From the NCBI GenBank assembly GCA_951406725.2, contig OX597820.1:26226001-26290000 (forward strand): DNA of 64,000 nt, in the 5' to 3' direction. Shown one piece after another: positions 12,164 to 27,000 of the stretch. Source of the stretch: Octopus vulgaris (taxonomy: Eukaryota). The stretch's first letter is position 1, and each line of letters starts with the position of its first letter. Made by a program: the position numbers and the translations under genes. The notes under the pieces were generated by a model, which had not been told where the DNA came from, ran no database searches, and was given only the letters and a program-made list of their open reading frames with translations.

Positions 12164-15100
12164 ATCAGTAAATTTCAAACAACTGAAATACCTCTTGGTG
12201 ATCCAATAGCAGGTTGTACAACACAGACTGTTGCAGATCATCATCACAGCTAGCCATAAACTGCAGACTAAAACAAAGACATAGTCTCTTAAACAGAATG
12301 TTATAAAGCATCTCCAATTGATCTGACTTAATATTCTGTGCACACTGGCTCGGTTGTTCTCAAACTGTTGTGTAATTTCTGTATTGCAGCGGCAATGCAG
12401 TTATTTAGTGATTGGATATTCCTATTTATTTGTCCATGGTTTTCATCTCTTTTATTAATTCACTGTTTTGACAGCAGCCACAGGGAAAGAAGTTGGTGGG
12501 GAAAAGTTATTTGTTTTGTAATAACATATACCATCTTAGATAATATATTTGGAAAATGTAACAATCTATTTCAGTGTGATAACCTGACTTTTCTTTCTCT
12601 ATTTTTCTCTTTTTTTCCTTCTTTGAAAATCCTTTGATATTTTCATACCTCACAATAAAATTGTTACTTGGATGATAAGTAAATGAAAATGAAAATAAAG
12701 AAATAGTTGACAGATTTTTCTGATATTCAGGAGAAAAGGTCTAGCCAGTCTTATGTTACTATTGACTTTTCAAGACAAATATATTTATATATACATATAT
12801 ATATTATTATTATTTTTTTTTGCGCACATTTAATCCAAGTTTCCATGGATTACCAGCTTCAAAAATTATCGTCAAATGGTGGTCACCCATTGTGTTGTTG
12901 TTGTTGTTTTTTTTCTTCTTACAGTATGTGGAGGAGGTGGAGGTGGCGGGGGAGAGGGAGGAGAAAGTTTAGCCAGTACTGATAGTCAATCTCAGGAAGT
13001 CCTAGTCCAGCAGCTGCCTGTGACCACATCTCCCGTTTTGCAGCTGCAGCAGTCGAATGGGGAGCAGCCGGTTCAGGTGGCTGGTACTGAATCCAAAGAT
13101 GTCACTTCCTTGGGTCCAGCCAGTGTGGTTACCATGTCCAACGTGACAACTTGTAGTTCGATCTCTGCGGTTCCCAGAACTTTACCAGCCAGCACGGACG
13201 GAGGTGATACTGTAAAGGAAGCAGCAATTCCCATAGCAAGCACCCCAACTGTGTCAGACATCCCTGGCAGACGAAATATCAGGCAGGCTTTGCGACCTAA
13301 GCGATGTAAATATTCCAATTATTTCCATTTTTTTCTCTTTGATCTTTTGTGACTGTGAAAAGAACCAGCAAACTCATGCTTTATTAAACTTTTTACGCGT
13401 TTGTTTATCTTTTGCCCCAGGTAAAAAAAAAAAAAGAAAGAAAAAGAAATTCCTTAATTTTTTTTATTTATTAGTTTTTTTCCTTCCCCATTTATTGTGG
13501 TTGAAATGTTTGATTCTAATCATGATTAACAGACATTGGTTGTTATTTAGTTGGAATGTAGTTTGGCTTGCTGATAATGCACTGGAATCTTGCACATTAA
13601 ATCTATTGTTCTTCCCCTCCCCTCCCACTTTTGCCTATCCTTCTATCTCCACCTGTCTGTCTGTCTCCCTTCTGTTGGTTTAGCACTTGCAGAGAGATAA
13701 CAAGAACTAACATCTTATGCAGTATGTTATGAAGCTTAGAATATCTAAATTTTTTTTTTTTTTTTTTGTTGGTTTGATACATGCTTGCACACAGAGATTT
13801 TTTTTGTATGCATATGTCCATGCACATGCTTAGGCAACTGAGTGCATGCACACATATTCACATACAAAGTGTCTGTAATACCTGGGAGTAACTATGCTCA
13901 TTTCTTATAGCATGCACTCACATACACTTAGCAAAACTATGTAAACTAATGCAGTTTAGATGGTTTTTTGCAAAGTTAGATATTTATTATCAAGTGAGAC
14001 TTGTTTGAAAATAGATTCTGGTAAGATTATTATGCATGATTTAAACCTATCAGTCAGCTGCTTATGATGTGAATTTATTGCTGTTGTGTTTCTTTGGAAC
14101 CATAAATGGCACTGTATTTGTTTATAACCATTTTGTTAACAAACATGAGCTGTTCCACCAGAAACTAGCCTAAGCTTCTAAGTTGAATTTCCCATGCTGT
14201 TGTTTTTGTTGCTCTTTGTTATGCTATTTATTCTATGCTGGTCTGTTATTTCAGTATTCATCTTGAAGGCACAGGCATAGCTGTGTGGTTAAGAAGTTTA
14301 TTTTGTAATCACATGGTCTTGGGTGCAGCCCTGACTGTGTGACACCTCGGGACAAGTGCCTTGTGAATGAAATTCGTTGAAGGAGATTGTATTAGAGCCT
14401 GTTGTGTGTGAGAGAGAGAGGAGAGAGAAAGTTGTCATTTTCTGCTTTGCACAAGATTGTCTGAGGAGGGTGGAGAAACCAATGTCATGTTTGCTTTGAA
14501 GTTTAGCTTGTAATTTCCTGAATCTGTCAAAACCTACTTGATGTTCTTTATCTCATCTCACTTTACCATCCTTACTGATCCCACAACAAACATTATGCTT
14601 GTAGAGCACTCCCCATGTTCATCATTTTCATCACTAATTCCAGTCTACAGAAGTTGAAGCTGATTCACAACATAGCTGTTGTTACCTTCCCATCTTGGGG
14701 CATCTGTATAAACTCTAGTTTAGTTTTAAGACAACTAAAACAATGATACAGAAAGCCAATATGTTATCATATAATAGATCTTGAGAAAATGTCTCATTTC
14801 ACTAGGGTGCTTCACCATTAAGCCATTTGGTCAGTGCTATCTCCAGCCTTGTATAAATGTGTTTGAGTTTCATTTCCTCAAGCTTCCAAAAGTTTCTGTA
14901 TAACAGAATCAACACAAATACGAATTTGTTGTTTCATGTGAAAATGTACTACAAATCAGACATATAAAAAGAAGAAAAAAAACATTGCAGAAATTATTTA
15001 TGTTGGAGCTCAGAAAGTCTAGCCTTGCAGATAGAATTTAGAAACACTTACGGCCTCAGCTGTTGAATGAAACCTGCCCAATTTATGTCAGTATGAATAA

Positions 15101-18100
15101 CAACAATAACAATACTAAATTGTAGAATAACTCAAACTTATTTTAGTACAGAACATTTATATGAGAAAATATAAGAGAAAGTGAAGTGTCCACACAGCCC
15201 TGGGTGGTGTCAATTTTGGTTGTTCTTGAATGTATTGCTCTTTTGGGAATGCTCATTTTAATTATCCTTCCCCCTCCTCAGTACTGTCCATCCGCTACTT
15301 CTACCCATTAGATGTTATTTCTCTTGCTTGCACATATTTTATTTGTATGCATGAGGAATTTAAAGATAGATTTCATTTTCAAATTCTATTATTTGTTTTC
15401 ACTGGTTATATTTTTCCCCTCTTCTGTTGCTCGCAAATAACAGAAGTTTAAGATTTCCAGTAAACAGGCAAGGCTTGTATGCTGCATTCTGGTGCTTAGC
15501 ACATATTGAAAGCAATATGTAGATAGTATTAATAGCATTTAGCCACCACTGACCTCAAACTTTGCAAGTATTATTGCTCTACTGCATCTGTGTTAGATTC
15601 TAAAAGTTGTTTTGTAGCTGATAACAAAAAAAAAAGAGTTTATATAAAATGATTTCTTAGCTGAATTTATCCATTGTAAAACAGGGTTACAAATTAAGTT
15701 TAAACTATATCCTTTAGTTAATTCTCAAGTATTTGCTTAGCAATGAAGTTAAAAATTCTTCATTTATTATTATTATTATTTTTTTTAAAAAAATTTTTAA
15801 CTTTTTTTTACTCTGCTAACAGAATATTTTGACCATTATAATTTAGAGAAAGATGGGGACAGAATTTTCCATCAAAATATTTAGTTAAAGAAAGAAGGAT
15901 AAAGACAGGAAAATCTGCTCAGCTGTCAAACTTTTCTCAAGTCCCAAAGACAGACAAATTTCATTTAATTCTTTCTGGTACTAATGAAGCAGTCTTAACT
16001 TTTGCTTTTGTAGCTCCCTTTTAATATCTTAAGAGGAAAAGCAAAAGTGATCGTAAATCTAAACCATTGACTGCAAGCTCTACTGTTGTTATTTAGTAAT
16101 TCTGGCCCGAACGTGGTCCATTTACTTGTTTGTTTACTACCCTTGCTATAAGTGTAGATAAGACTTCTACTTTTGGATAGTGAACAGTAGAAAGGGCACC
16201 AACTTATAAAGGTGAGGTTGTGTGGTTATGAAGTTTGCTTCCCAACTCTTTAGTCTTAGGTTCACTCCCATTGCACTGCACCTTCAGCATGTGTCTTCTA
16301 ATATAGCCCTGGGCCAACCATAACCTTGCATGGATTTGGTAGATGGAAACTGAAAGCCTGTTTTGTGTGTGTGTGTGTGTACTTAGCCAAGTATCTTCCA
16401 CTATAGCCCTGGGCCAACCAAATCCTTATGAGTGGATTTGACAAATGGAAACTGAAGGAAGCCCATTGTGCATTCATGCATGTTTGTGTCTGTCTTGGCA
16501 TTGTGTGGTGATTGTGAATGAGCATCACTGTCATACAAGCAATGTTATTCATTTCCTGTCTTCCCAAAGTGAAATATTACCTTGCTTGGAAATGAGTTGG
16601 CAATAGACAACATCTTGTTATGGAAACGTGGACATTAAATTATGATAATGATGATATCCAAAGTTCTAAAACTCTACCATTGCTCCTGAACAGCATGAAA
16701 GATTGAATGCTAAAGAAGAATGGGTAAACCTAGTCATTATTTTGTTATATATTCTGAAACACTAAATACATTGATTAGCAATAATCATAACATTGCTTAT
16801 TAAATCAGATATCAAATATGATATCTCTGTATTCTTTCCAATCAGATGTTGATGTTTTTACTATTTAGTCATTTGATGCTTAGCATGTGAAATGTTTGTA
16901 TGTGACTGAAATGAATGCTCTTTTGTGAACTCAGTATTAAAATTAGATATTAGTTCTTATTTTTAGAATATTCCATAAGGAAAATTTGGCAGCCTGAATT
17001 ATTGAGTTTGTCTTGTCATTCAGTTTGTCACTCTTTTTATGGCACTGTGAATTGATGAGAAGTACATGCAGTTATGAATTCAGTTAATTTACTAGTGTGT
17101 CATAATCTTTATATTATACTAAAACTCAAAGTTTGTCTGTTTTCCTGCCATTCAATTAAGATGATCAAGATTGCAAGTAAAATAGTCATTTCCCCCTTTA
17201 AGAAAAAAAAAATCAAGTTGAAAATGTTGACACTTCAAAGAGTCGGCCCAGCGACCACTGTCTGTCCTTTTTTCTTCTCTTAATCATTTATACAACTTTC
17301 AAGTGTTATAGACTGAAAGAGAAATTTTCCCTATATTTTTTTAATCACAGGTACTTGATTTTTTTTTTTTTTTTTTTCTTAAAGGGGAAAATTAATATTT
17401 TATCTAAAATAAAATATCAATCTTTATCATCTTAATCAAAAGGCAGAAAAACAGACAGTGAGACTATCTCTTTATAGACAATCAGTTGCAACGGGAGGAG
17501 TTGAATCTCATAAAAATGGAAAAAACAACAACAAATGGATTGTGTCGTATGAAATTCTTTTAAAAGAATTCAAATGCCTCTGCAACATTGAAATCGTTAC
17601 CGCAGTGAGGTCAGTTAAGTACATCATCAAGTTCATGCTGAAAGGAAATGACTAAACAGCCATCCAAATAAACAATGATAACAAAATTACTCAATACCTA
17701 ATGAATTGGTATATTGGACCATCCCAAGCAGTTGCATCCATTTTAAGATTTTCAATTCTTGAAAGAGCATCTGCAATAGTGAAACTGCAAGTTCATCTAC
17801 CAGATGAACAAAGAATATTGCTCAGAAATAATAAAGATATATATGGCTGTCAGTGAATGACATATGAGAACAACATTGATGGGATTTTTTCCATTATGCA
17901 TCAGTGATGACTTTGAAAAGCATTATTTTATGCTGAAGTACCCATGTATTTCACTTGGAACAGTAGTAACAAAGAATGGCAAAGAAGAAAGCGAAGAAAA
18001 AAAGTTGAAGGCCATTTCAACATTTTCAAAGAAGAAACACTTGGTTGTGTTTATGTTGTCACACCAAAGGCAGGAGAACTATATTATTTAAGAATTTTAT

Positions 18101-18456
18101 CATAAGAAGTTCGAAATAGTATTTTTTCCTTTGCTGCCGTTCATTAACATTTTCAACTTGGAGTGGTTGTGACCCAACAGGTCACGGCGGGTAGATCTAG
18201 TTTTTGTATAAAAGAAGACACATCATCATCATCATCATCATCACTGTTTAATATCTGTCTTTCATGCTAGCAAGGGTTGGATAGTTTGATAGGAACTGGC
18301 AAGCCAAAGGACTGTGCCAAATATTCCGACATGGTTTCTACAACTGAGTGCTTTTTTAACATGGTACCAGCATCAGAGAGAACACCATTGGTATTATATA
18401 ATTCAGTTGTTCAAATTAAGTTTAAAAAAACAACTTTTAAATTCCACTATTACTAA

Positions 18457-18507
<51 letters not shown>

Positions 18508-20994
18508 TAATTTGCTAGGAGATGGTGTATTCTTGTACATTTTTATTTATTTATTTATTAAATTTGGGTCTGTCTATGTTTCAGCAGAATTCAGAATATA
18601 AGTAAATGTATAAATGTTTTGAGGGTTTTTTTTTTTTTTTTTTTGTGTGGACATACAAAAATTAAGGTATGTATGTGGAATCAGTGTGAGAAATCATCCT
18701 CTTCATCATCTATCTGCTTTTCATGCTGTCATGGGTTGGATGGCTGTCACTGTCTAAGTTCTTCACAGTGGCTCTTCTCTTCCTAGACTGATTGTAGGAC
18801 CATATCCTACTTGCACACTTCAGCAGTTTTGACTTGGTTTCCTTTCACCATCCAACCTCCAGAGTGTACTTGGTGTATTTCATTTAGGCACAAGCACTTG
18901 AGATCATTGTTATCACCTCCATCTAACATTCATGTTCCATGCTAGCTTGAGTTGGACATTTTGCTAGAATTTTAACAAGTGCAAGGACTGCATCATGCAT
19001 CAGAGATGTATTGTAAAATAGTGTAAATTAATCCAATTCGTTTCTAATTTAGTTTAGGTAGAAAATAAAGATAGCAAGGTTTGAAATTGTTACCAGTTTA
19101 TGTGGTGGGTTCTGTTGATGGCACCAAGCTTAGTTGTTAATAACTGTTATTTTAACAGTATTGAGATTTCATCAACACTTGACTAGTATATTAAGAAAAT
19201 TTGTTTGTTTTTGACAGTTCACAATAAATAAACTTTGAGGTATTTTCCATTATTTATATATGCAAAAATCTGTGGATGATACAAAATAATTGCAAAAATT
19301 ACTTCTTTAAAGGAATTTGCCCTTGTAGAACTAGAAAATCAACTTCACAGAAAAGCCTGATTTAAATACTTGTTTCAGTATTGCAGTTACATGTGTATTT
19401 TGTTGAAGGTAACCTTCTCAGGACAGTAGTTGATCTCTTTGTAATGACAAACTGAGGTCACTTCAGATAGATTAAGTCTTTGTGTGTGTGTGTGCGCGCG
19501 CGCATGCACTCACGTTGGTGGAGTAGTACAACACATATGCAAGTGTACCTGTGTATGCTTCCTTTTGCACTGCCAGATACAATAATATTGCTTCTTTTAT
19601 ACAAATAATGACAATAATAATAATAATAAATTTCTAGGTTTTATTTTGCCTTGTTTATAGAACTGACTGGATCTTTTTATATTCTTATGACTGGGAGACT
19701 AGTGCTAAGAGAGAGGTGGAGGATATACAACATGTCCATAAAGTCCCTATCTATTTTAATGAAGCAACGTTAAAACTGCATCAAAGATATATAATTATAG
19801 AATGAAAGATAAGTAATACCGTTGGAAAAGTTTCGAGGTTCAAGTTCAGCATGGCAGTCATCAGTATCCCTTGCACTGGTATGTTTGTGCCACAGGATTT
19901 TCCAAAAAATGTCCTTAAAATTATTTGCAGCATTTCGTACATGTTCGTGTGAATTCTCCAGAGTCGTAATTCTTGTTTGGTTGGCTTGCAATTCGAGAAA
20001 GTCACAAGTAAAGAAAACCAAAGAAGCTAGATTTGGGCATTTAGATGGCTGTCATCTATTATTCTCATATCTCTTTTCATCAATTTTGAAGCAGCTCATG
20101 TAGGTATTCTTGAATAATTGGGGAATAATTTTGTTGAAATGAATCAATGTTAATTATCTCATCTGCAGTTAACTATAGCTCAAAGGATTTTGCTGTAAAA
20201 TGGTAAGCTAGATAGATCCTCTAATTGGGTAAAGAAGGGAAAAAAAGTTCAGTTATCTTACATTTTGTTATACCCATCTGAGCATTATCTTTAGACAAGT
20301 CCCTTTCATATTGTTGGACAAAGTCCTTTGGATGTTCATCTGTCCAAATGTGATGATTTGCCTTCTCACATGTACAGAACGTCATTTCATCACTGCAAAT
20401 AGTGTTATCCGTTAAATTTTCACAGTGGATGTGATCTACAAAATCAGTACTTGCTCACACGCTTTGCAGTGAAATTTCTTCGTGTAAATTATGTCAGTGC
20501 AAATGATAGCTGTTTTTACACAGTTTGAGAATTTTATGTATTAATGGCTTTGTGAAAGTGAGTTTGTGTTCTGTTGCAAGAATATTGGAGTAAGAATTGT
20601 CATTGACAATTCAACTCACTGTATTCATAATATCCTCTGGCAATATAGGGTTGTCTACTTTTTTTTTTTTTTAAATATCATGTACAGAACCTGTTCTTTT
20701 AAAATTGCTCACTAGTTCATATATCATTGTGTGTGTGTTGGTCCAGCTTTGTTAAATCTCTTTGCAAACATATCTAATGTTGGTAGATATTTTTGTTATA
20801 TTTGCAAGATATTTACTGCTATAATCTTTCTCTGTATGTCTGTCTGTCTCTCTCTCTCTCTCTGCATGGCTTGTAACGTCAGCACATACCCTAGTAATCT
20901 TCCAAGTGCATCCTGTAATTTTCAATTTGTGGTGCTATTTTAGCCTCAAAAAGTTCAAGATTTTGAATTATGTATAAATGATGTTTGGGATTTT

Positions 20995-21028
<34 letters not shown>

Positions 21029-24000
21029 ATGTACAGTTGAAAATCCTTTATCTAAAATCTGAAATCTTTTGGAGTAAGAGAGGTGCCATAAATAGAAAAT
21101 TCCAGAAAGCACTCAGAAGGTCTCAAGGAAGCATACAGTTGTTATATATATGGTTATATTTACAAGTAAATATAAAAGCTTGAAGAAATGTGTAAGTCTT
21201 CTATTACCAATGTATCTCAAATGCAAAACCAACTATAAATCGTAGCTCATTGTGTGTGTGTGTGTTTTGAGCTACTACTTATAGCTGGATTTGTATTTAA
21301 TAGAAAACTTATATATATATATATCATCATCATCATCGTTTATTGTCCATTTTCCATGCTAGCATGGGTTGGACAGTTCGACCGGCATCTGGGAAGCCAG
21401 GAGGCTGCACCAGGCTCCAGTCTGATCTGGCAGTGTTTCTACAGCTGGATGCCCTTCCTAACGCCAATCACTCTGTGAGTGTGGTGGTTGCTTTTTATGT
21501 GCCACTGGCACAGTTGCCAGGGGAGGCTGGCAATGGCCATGATCGGTTGGTGCTTATATATATATATATTTACTTTTTCACTTGCAAGTATCCAATTTGG
21601 TTGGTTATAAGTTAAAGATTTACTCTGGTGTAATGGTGCATCATTGTCTTGATTACAATGAATGTGTTGTGTGTGGTCTTTGGAGTTGATCCCTATTACC
21701 GTCAGTCGGTTGTTCTATCTCTCTGGAAGTGGAGATGATTTCAAAAAATCCAAGAATATATCTTGTATGGTATTTAATACCATATAAGATATATTCATCT
21801 TTGTTGTTCAAAAATTAGCCATTGGCCACCCTGGTTTTTGTTTTCTTTTTCTTTTAGTACATTTTGTTTCATTTATGCAAATTACCTATGCTTTAGATGT
21901 ATTCTGCTCTTCTTTGTTTATGTGTAAACATCTTTTTCTGCTGGAGACAAGGCAGAGCAAGTGCTGAGATGTCATACCTACTGAGGTAAAAACAAATGTC
22001 CACAACTGTTCTCTTGTTTCCAGACAGTCAGACTGTCTTTTCTTTTCATGGCATTTCGGTTTTTGGGGAAATCCTTGACTCTTGAGATTATCTCCCCCTT
22101 CTCATTTGGTGTGGCCATGAATTACCACCAAGCAATTATTCTGCTTTCTCTGGAGACTAGAGCTGATTTCAATATATTCAAGATTATATCTTGTCTGGTA
22201 CTTAACATATCCTTTCTATGTCTTTGTCCAAATACATGCCTCTGGCCACTGTGAATCATTTCTCTTAGCTCATTTTCATTTCACTTATGTATAATTGTGT
22301 GTACACACATGCAAAATCATGTGCAATTGTGTGTGTGTATGCATACATACATGTATGTATATACTTAAACATATAATGTTTTATCCGGAAATTGTAGTTA
22401 TCAGTTGATGTACTATAACATTGCATTAAGATATAGTTGGTTGGTGTTTAATTTTCTGCTAGAATGGGTGTTAACTAATTTTTATTTGCCAATATCAAGT
22501 TCTGTCCTGAAGGTTTATTTGTTGGGGTTTTTTTTGTTTTTAAAACTAAAGCAATAATATTTCAGACTAAGTTTTTGTATTTTTAAAATTTTATTTTCAT
22601 TTTGCATTTTATTTGTCTGGATAAGAAGAAGAGCAGGCCATGTTGCTTCAGTTTCCATACCACAGAAGCGTTATTCATTTCCAGTTATTAATAATTATAT
22701 AACCATTATTGGATAGAACCCATAATATCAATCCAATATCTTTTCTATATCTAGTCTGTGACTATAGCTACGTCCAACATCATATCACTAGTGTCAGACT
22801 ATATTTTGATATTTCAGTGATGTGCTTTGCTTGATAGCGATATCAATTTTATCAAACTGCAGAATCAGTTGGTTTTCATTTGCAGTATCAGAGTACTGGC
22901 TGTTTTGAGATTTTAATCTTTTGATATAGGCTAGAGCAGTACCTTCTTATAACTGGTTTGGTATTTCCCAGTGTTAAATACAAATGCTGCTTATGTAACC
23001 TTTGCACCCCTCCTTCCTATTGGTGTTGATAAAGGCCAGTAATGCACTAGGCTTATATCTTATAAACTTTGGCCAGTACAAGCTAGCTCTATGCATGTTT
23101 GACCCTTTAGCATTCAGATTACTCTGTCAAACGTAATGTTTATTTATTCACATTGTTTTCAATTAACCAGGCATTATTTCATAGCTTTGAGATTTTGATG
23201 GTTTGATAGTTTATTTTTAGAATAGAATTGTAGGGTAGATGTGAGTGGTTGGATCTGACTGGTTTGAACTTAAAACGGATAGAACATTTAGGCTGGATAC
23301 ACCCAGTTTACATGCTAAAGGGTTAACAGAGGGCGATATTTTACAACTCATTTTATTGAAGATTGTTGAAGTAAATAAAGGCTTGAATCTTAAAATATCT
23401 GAAATCCTTCTATAGTTGTAGATTTTCTTACCTCTTCATCTACCATACACTGTCAGGCATGGCTGTGTGGTTAATAAGTTTTCTTTACACCCATCTGATT
23501 TTGGGTTCAAATCCATTCATCGCTTCTGTACAACACCTTGGGCGAGTGTCTTCTACCTCACCTTAATTTGACCAATATTTTGGGAATGAAATTTGATAAG
23601 CAGGAGTTACTTGTCTTCCTACAAGCAAAGCTTGTATGTTCAACTAGCTGGGCATTATAAGCCATCCAACCTCTGCTGGCATGGAAAAATGCAGATGTAA
23701 AATAAAGTTTTTGATATATTTTTCTCAGTGTATGTTAGTGAAGGATATAAACATTGATTGGAAAACTGAAAAAGAACCATGTTTTCTGAACAAAGTCCTT
23801 TGCAATATTTGCTTTACACTGAGTTACACTCCCTCCCTTGTCACTCTCATTATTGGATATACAATGGATAAGGGATTAAGGTCATTCAAAACCTGTAACC
23901 ACTGACATGGTTGTTCACGATTTGACAACTTATAGGTGTAGGCATGGCTGTGTAGTAAGAAGTTCGCTTCCCAGCCTCATGGTTCTGGGTTCTGTCCCAC

Positions 24001-27000
24001 TGCATGGCACCTCGGGCAAATATCTCCTACTATAGCTTTGAACCAACCAAAGCCTTGTGAGTGGATTTGGTAGACAGAAACTGTAAGAAGTCCATTGTGT
24101 ATGCATGTGTGTGCGCACCCACTTGTCAGTTGGGTGTTTGTGTTTTTACGTCCCTATCAATAGAATAAGTACCAGATAAAAAAAAAAAAAAAGAAAGGTT
24201 TGGTTTATTTGACTAAAATTCTTTTAGGCAGTGTCCCAGGATGGCTGCAGTCTAATGGCTGAAACAAAGTGAATATACAAATTGTCATTTCCTCCTCTGC
24301 ATGGTCGCATTTCTGTGATTTTGCTAGAATTCAATATTCAACATACAATAGACGGACACACTTTCTACACTTGCTTTCACTGCAACCAGCATCAAAGTGT
24401 ATGATTGTGTGTGTTGAGATAGAAACAAAGAGTTAGCATGGTCTTACTGCTTTGCTGTATCTCTTACAGTTGTTTATCATTAAAAGTTGTACTGAGGCTA
24501 TTTTCTTTTACTTGATCCTGTTATTTGACAGTGGCCACCCTGGGGTACCCCCTTAAAGGGTTTAGTTGAACAAATTGACCCTAGTACTTTTAATTTTTTT
24601 TTATGGTCACTACTTATACTATTACACTCCTTTGCTGAACTGCTAAGTTCAGGGATGTAAACAAACCAACACAAGTTGTCAAGTGCTGGAAAAGACGATC
24701 ACACACACACAAAATATGCTTCCTTCCATGCAGTTTCCAGCTATCAAGTTCACTCGCAAGGCATTGATCAGTGCAGGGCTAGTAGGAACACACTTGCTGC
24801 ACAGTGGGATTGAACCCAAGACCATGTGTTACAAGGCTTCTCAGGAAAGCACCAAACATTCATTTGGCCACTCCATGTCATATGTCTACTACAGCAAAGC
24901 TGAGTTCAGTCCATAGCATCTAGACCCTAACTCAAGAATTACCTAGGTTTCATTTATTTATTTATAAGTTAAGCCATTAGCTTTGGAAAAATAAATAAAT
25001 AAAAATAGGTTGTGGATTTTCTGTAGACTCAAGTAATAGATGCATATAGTATGATATTGCTGGGTTTTGTGACCTGAAATGATTGTTATCTTCTTTCATT
25101 ATAATGCAGCCTGGTTAGTCAATTATTGTATAATGTCTTGGAATCTGTTTGGATCATGTATTTTATTTAGACCGAGGACTACCAATCTTGAAGCTTTATA
25201 TATCTATAATGGTGAGATTATTACTAAGCTGTTGGCTTTAGTGTCCTTTTCTTCTGACAACAGCATTGCTTTTGTTATGTCTTCTACTGTTACATCAAAT
25301 ACTGTCAAATAGGCAACACTTTGTGTTGGAAGTGGTGCTATAATACAGACTGTGGTTTCTTGATAAAATTGTCCATTTCAATTAATTTTTTTCAACCCCG
25401 GTTGATTCTATGAATGTTTGTATTATTATACATCTGCTTTTCAGCTGTTCTCTAGAAATAGAGCTAAATCTACTAAATGTGTGTCTTTACTATAATGTGT
25501 GTGTGTGCATGAATGTTATACAATGTTCAGCAAAAGGAAAATGATGGAATGTATGCTGCTCTCACTGAGTGTTGTAAGTGAATGCAGTTCTGATTTTGTT
25601 ATCAAGCTGATGTTTGGAACATAGATTAACATGAAACTTCAATGAAAATTTTAATTTCTATCACTTTGGAAACAGAAAAGTTTGTATCATAGAACCAAGG
25701 GTGGTCTCAGACAGGTTTGTATCAAAAGGGTTTATATGAAGTGAATTAGATGACTGCATATGACATTTGTATTGAGAAAACTTCATTTGCAGATTATGAG
25801 GTTTACATCCTGTTGGAAACATTTTACTGTATGTTCTAATAGAAAATACCTCTGCGGAGAAGACTTTTGTTTTATCTACAGGAACGCTTTATTTCCCACA
25901 AGTCTAATGTTACAAGAACCCAAGATAAATACTGACCATTTGTGGTATTGTAATTTGTAATAGGTCTAATAACCACTGTCACAACTTTTTGAATAATTAT
26001 TATATTTACTAATTATATTTGCAGCTACATGTGATTAATGTTTTCTCTTCTTTTGTTCTCATTGCAGATGAAAAACTTAATAAATTTCCTGAAAAAGTCA
26101 ACTGTAGTAGTGGTACCGGTCATCGTAGCATGTCGTTATCATCTTCATTATCATCCTCTTCCTCATCTTCATTATCATCGTCCTTGTCCGTCACTTCTAA
26201 TCATGTGAACTCCCTGGCAGACAGCAAGACCACTGTTGCTGGCACAACGATTATCAACAGCTGCACAACATCCCCTGCTGCTGCTGCTGCTGCTGCTATG
26301 GCAGCCACCGGTGCAGGGAGTAGCCACCGGCATGCCACTCGGGCTTCCCTTGTTGGAGGTGGCCACTCTTTGCAGGGTGTGCTAAGGCCACAGCAGACAA
26401 TGAAAGAGATCTTGGCCAGTGTTCCTGGTGTCAGTAAAAAGGTAAGATACTACATAAATAAATATACTCTTTCTCCTAACCTCAAGTATTAGTTTAACTG
26501 GTAGGTTTCTGGATCATCATTGCCATCCTCCTCCTCCTCATCATCATCATCATCATTTAACATCTGTCCTCCATACTGGTTTGACTGGATCTGATGCATT
26601 AGAGGACTGTGTTGTACTCCAGTCCAATGTTTACTTTAGCATGGTTTCTACAGCTGGATGCCCACCCTAACACCACCCTCCTTACAGCATGTACTGAGTG
26701 CTCTTTTCATAGCACCAGCACCAGTGAGGTCACCATGTAACTTGCATGACTAAAGATACCTCTCAATTGAGCAGAAGTGTGGTTGAAAGGAATGCCTTTA
26801 TGCTAGGTTCTGATAGGCTAAAGTACAAAAGAAGGGATAGAAGTAGTCTTCTTGTTGTAGGGGAAGTAGATCATTGCCTCACATTATGTAAGTGTAAGCA
26901 GATGTAATCGAGGTGGAAATTGCTAAAACAACAGCTAAATATACATTTTTTTCTTTTGCAAACAATTCTCTTGTATTTAACTAAATGTTGCTTATTTTAT

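Noticed and set aside
12845-12878. Possible alternative start mini-exon [11 protein letters not shown] joining exon b in phase
   Set aside because: Would need a 46-nt intron with a poor donor (GTGGTC).
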